Origin: an uncultured virus (IMG/VR IMGVR_UViG_3300025782_000006)
Lineage: Duplodnaviria; Heunggongvirae; Uroviricota; Caudoviricetes
Reading direction: 5' to 3' (one strand)
DNA: 54,252 bases
IMG/VR virus record: IMGVR_UViG_3300025782_000006
This document shows positions 52,564 to 54,252 of the stretch, piece by piece. The notes below the pieces were generated by a model. That model had not been told where the DNA came from, ran no database searches, and saw only the letters and a list, made by a program, of their open reading frames with translations. Each line of letters begins with the position of its first letter. Positions within the stretch are counted from its first letter, which is position 1. A program made the translations under genes and the position numbers.

Positions 52564-54250
52564 CAATATCCGTATTATAAGTTGTAAAGCCGTTTTCTTT
52601 AACTACGTGAAGTGTATTGTTGACACGACCCGCTAGTTCATCTTTGTGCGACACTAACCAAATTGACTTGTTAGCTTCGCGACTCATCTTTTTCAGGATA
52701 GCTAAGGAATTCTCAACTCCTGAACTATCCATACCGCTGTCTACTAACTCATCAATGAATAATAAGTTAATGGGTTGATATAGACTTTCCCAAACATCGC
52801 GGAAGCTCCAGCTTAAGGATAAGATTAAGCGATTGCGTTCCCCACGACTTAAATTGTCAAAGTCTAAATCTCTACCTAACTCTGTAATGGCTACAGTTAA
52901 ATCATTATTAAATTTAACTGTGTGTGGTAAGCCAATACGATCAAGATATTGTCCCAAGCGGGCATTTAAATAACTTAAATTCTGATCAATAATACGTTTA
53001 CGAATAAACGAGTCTTTGTTAGTTAATAGTTTAAGCAAGAACTCCTGATGTTCTTTGATGTTAGTTAACTCATTGATTGTATCATACGATATTTCTTCTA
53101 CACCCTGTGTTTGCATTTCAGCAATCTGCTCTACATACGGATCAGACTCTGCAACCTTAGCAGTAAGTTGTTTAACTAGATTGTCTACAGTAGCTTGATG
53201 GTGAATAGCATCCGATTCATTGTTATAAAATGTTACTGGACGCGGACCCAATTTGCCCAACCCATCGTGAGCAGACTGTAGTTCAGCCAAGGTGGCAACA
53301 TACTGTTCCTGATTCTGCTGTGCTGTTGATAATTCTCTCTGCTTGAGTCCCATAACAGATTGGTGCTTTTCGTCATGGAAATCCTGTCCACAGGTATGAC
53401 ACGTATGATTCTCCAGCGAAACAAGTTCTGCTGATATCTTGCTAATTGTTTTTTCCTCACGGGAAATGTCCAGTTTTGTGCGACTGATCGCCGAAGATAA
53501 TTCGTTGAGATCCTTTCGAGTCTGATCCCACGTTTTAAACGCCTGGTGTGCCTGAATCTCGGCCTGGATGTCAATTTTCTGTAGCTCTTCAATCGCTGAT
53601 TGAATCTTGTTAATTTCTTCATCGTGTTTGTTGTTCCATAGCGTTTGTCTACGCTTTAGGCTTTCTATTTGTTCTTCGATGCGTTTATTAGCATCGCCTA
53701 CAGCTTTGATACGGAATTCTTCTTGTGTGATAGCATCTTTAGTAGCTTTATTAGACTCTTTTAATCGATCAGCCTTTTCACTTAATAGTGTAATACCTAA
53801 TAACTGTTCAATAATGGTACGTTGATCATTGGCTTTTAAACTAAGGAATGGCTCGGTATAGGTATTAAGAGCTACAATATGTTTGAACATATCGTGACTC
53901 ATACCCAACATACGTTCTATTTCGGCCTGTGTCTCACGGCTGTCACCTTGTGCATCGTCGGTAATTTCTTTTTCTTGATCGCCCACAAAGAACTTCATAA
54001 CACCTGGCTTACGACCACGTTCGATGCGATAGTTAATGCCATCTTTTTCAAAATCAATGGTGACCATCATGTTTTTACCATTGGTCTTATTAATTAAGTT
54101 ATCTTTCTTAATGTTAGTAAGAGCATTGCCGTAAAGTGCAAAACTCAGTGCATTAATAATAGTAGTCTTACCCGTACCATTGCGTGCTCCGCTATCATCA
54201 CCGCCTAAGTCCAAGTTTTCACCTAAGACTAGCGTTAAATCTTGCCGGTC
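52553..54250 (-). CDS. gp46: Recombination endonuclease ATPase subunit (T4 gp46/SbcC/Rad50), start lies beyond the window edge
   Basis: Walker A NGTGKTT, zinc hook CHTC, signature LSRGE, Walker B FIDE, VSH. The frame stays open to the window end. Confidence 0.95.
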   Translation of the reverse strand, partial: DRQDLTLVLGENLDLGGDDSGARNGTGKTTIINALSFALYGNALTNIKKDNLINKTNGKNMMVTIDFEKDGINYRIERGRKPGVMKFFVGDQEKEITDDAQGDSRETQAEIERMLGMSHDMFKHIVALNTYTEPFLSLKANDQRTIIEQLLGITLLSEKADRLKESNKATKDAITQEEFRIKAVGDANKRIEEQIESLKRRQTLWNNKHDEEINKIQSAIEELQKIDIQAEIQAHQAFKTWDQTRKDLNELSSAISRTKLDISREEKTISKISAELVSLENHTCHTCGQDFHDEKHQSVMGLKQRELSTAQQNQEQYVATLAELQSAHDGLGKLGPRPVTFYNNESDAIHHQATVDNLVKQLTAKVAESDPYVEQIAEMQTQGVEEISYDTINELTNIKEHQEFLLKLLTNKDSFIRKRIIDQNLSYLNARLGQYLDRIGLPHTVKFNNDLTVAITELGRDLDFDNLSRGERNRLILSLSWSFRDVWESLYQPINLLFIDELVDSGMDSSGVENSLAILKKMSREANKSIWLVSHKDELAGRVNNTLHVVKENGFTTYNTDIDVV

Positions 54251-54252
54251 AA

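Overview
This 54-kb window is the virion morphogenesis region of a large, AT-rich, T4-like (gp23/gp20/gp18-type) myophage that uses the standard genetic code. It holds the terminase, gp4 head-completion nuclease, tail tube, an expanded tail sheath and neck proteins gp13/14/15. These are followed by a ~14-kb tail-fibre/adhesin cluster, then major capsid, scaffold, protease and portal genes, a tape-measure-like gene, baseplate hub gp26/gp51-like genes and the 3' part of gp46 (Rad50/SbcC). Interspersed are HNH and GIY-YIG endonucleases, a dNMP kinase, a NUDIX hydrolase, a DEDD exonuclease, SGNH and glycosyltransferase-like genes and two radical SAM genes. T4-type late promoters (TAAATA core) precede most structural genes, often 4-7 nt from the ATG, which suggests leaderless mRNAs. 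The most notable unexplained element is a ~450-nt, ORF-free, heavily base-paired and pseudoknotted minus-strand segment (49820-50245) directly downstream of a small basic GIY-YIG gene, a candidate large ncRNA/RNP. Other highlights: a probable -1 frameshift fusing the gp26-like and gp51-like ORFs, an SD-sequestering hairpin around a late promoter, a three-way-junction 5' leader, an orphan fibre C-terminus, a free-standing fibre chaperone, and shared head-targeting motifs. All product calls come from motif recognition and gene context by eye; no database search or folding program was run.
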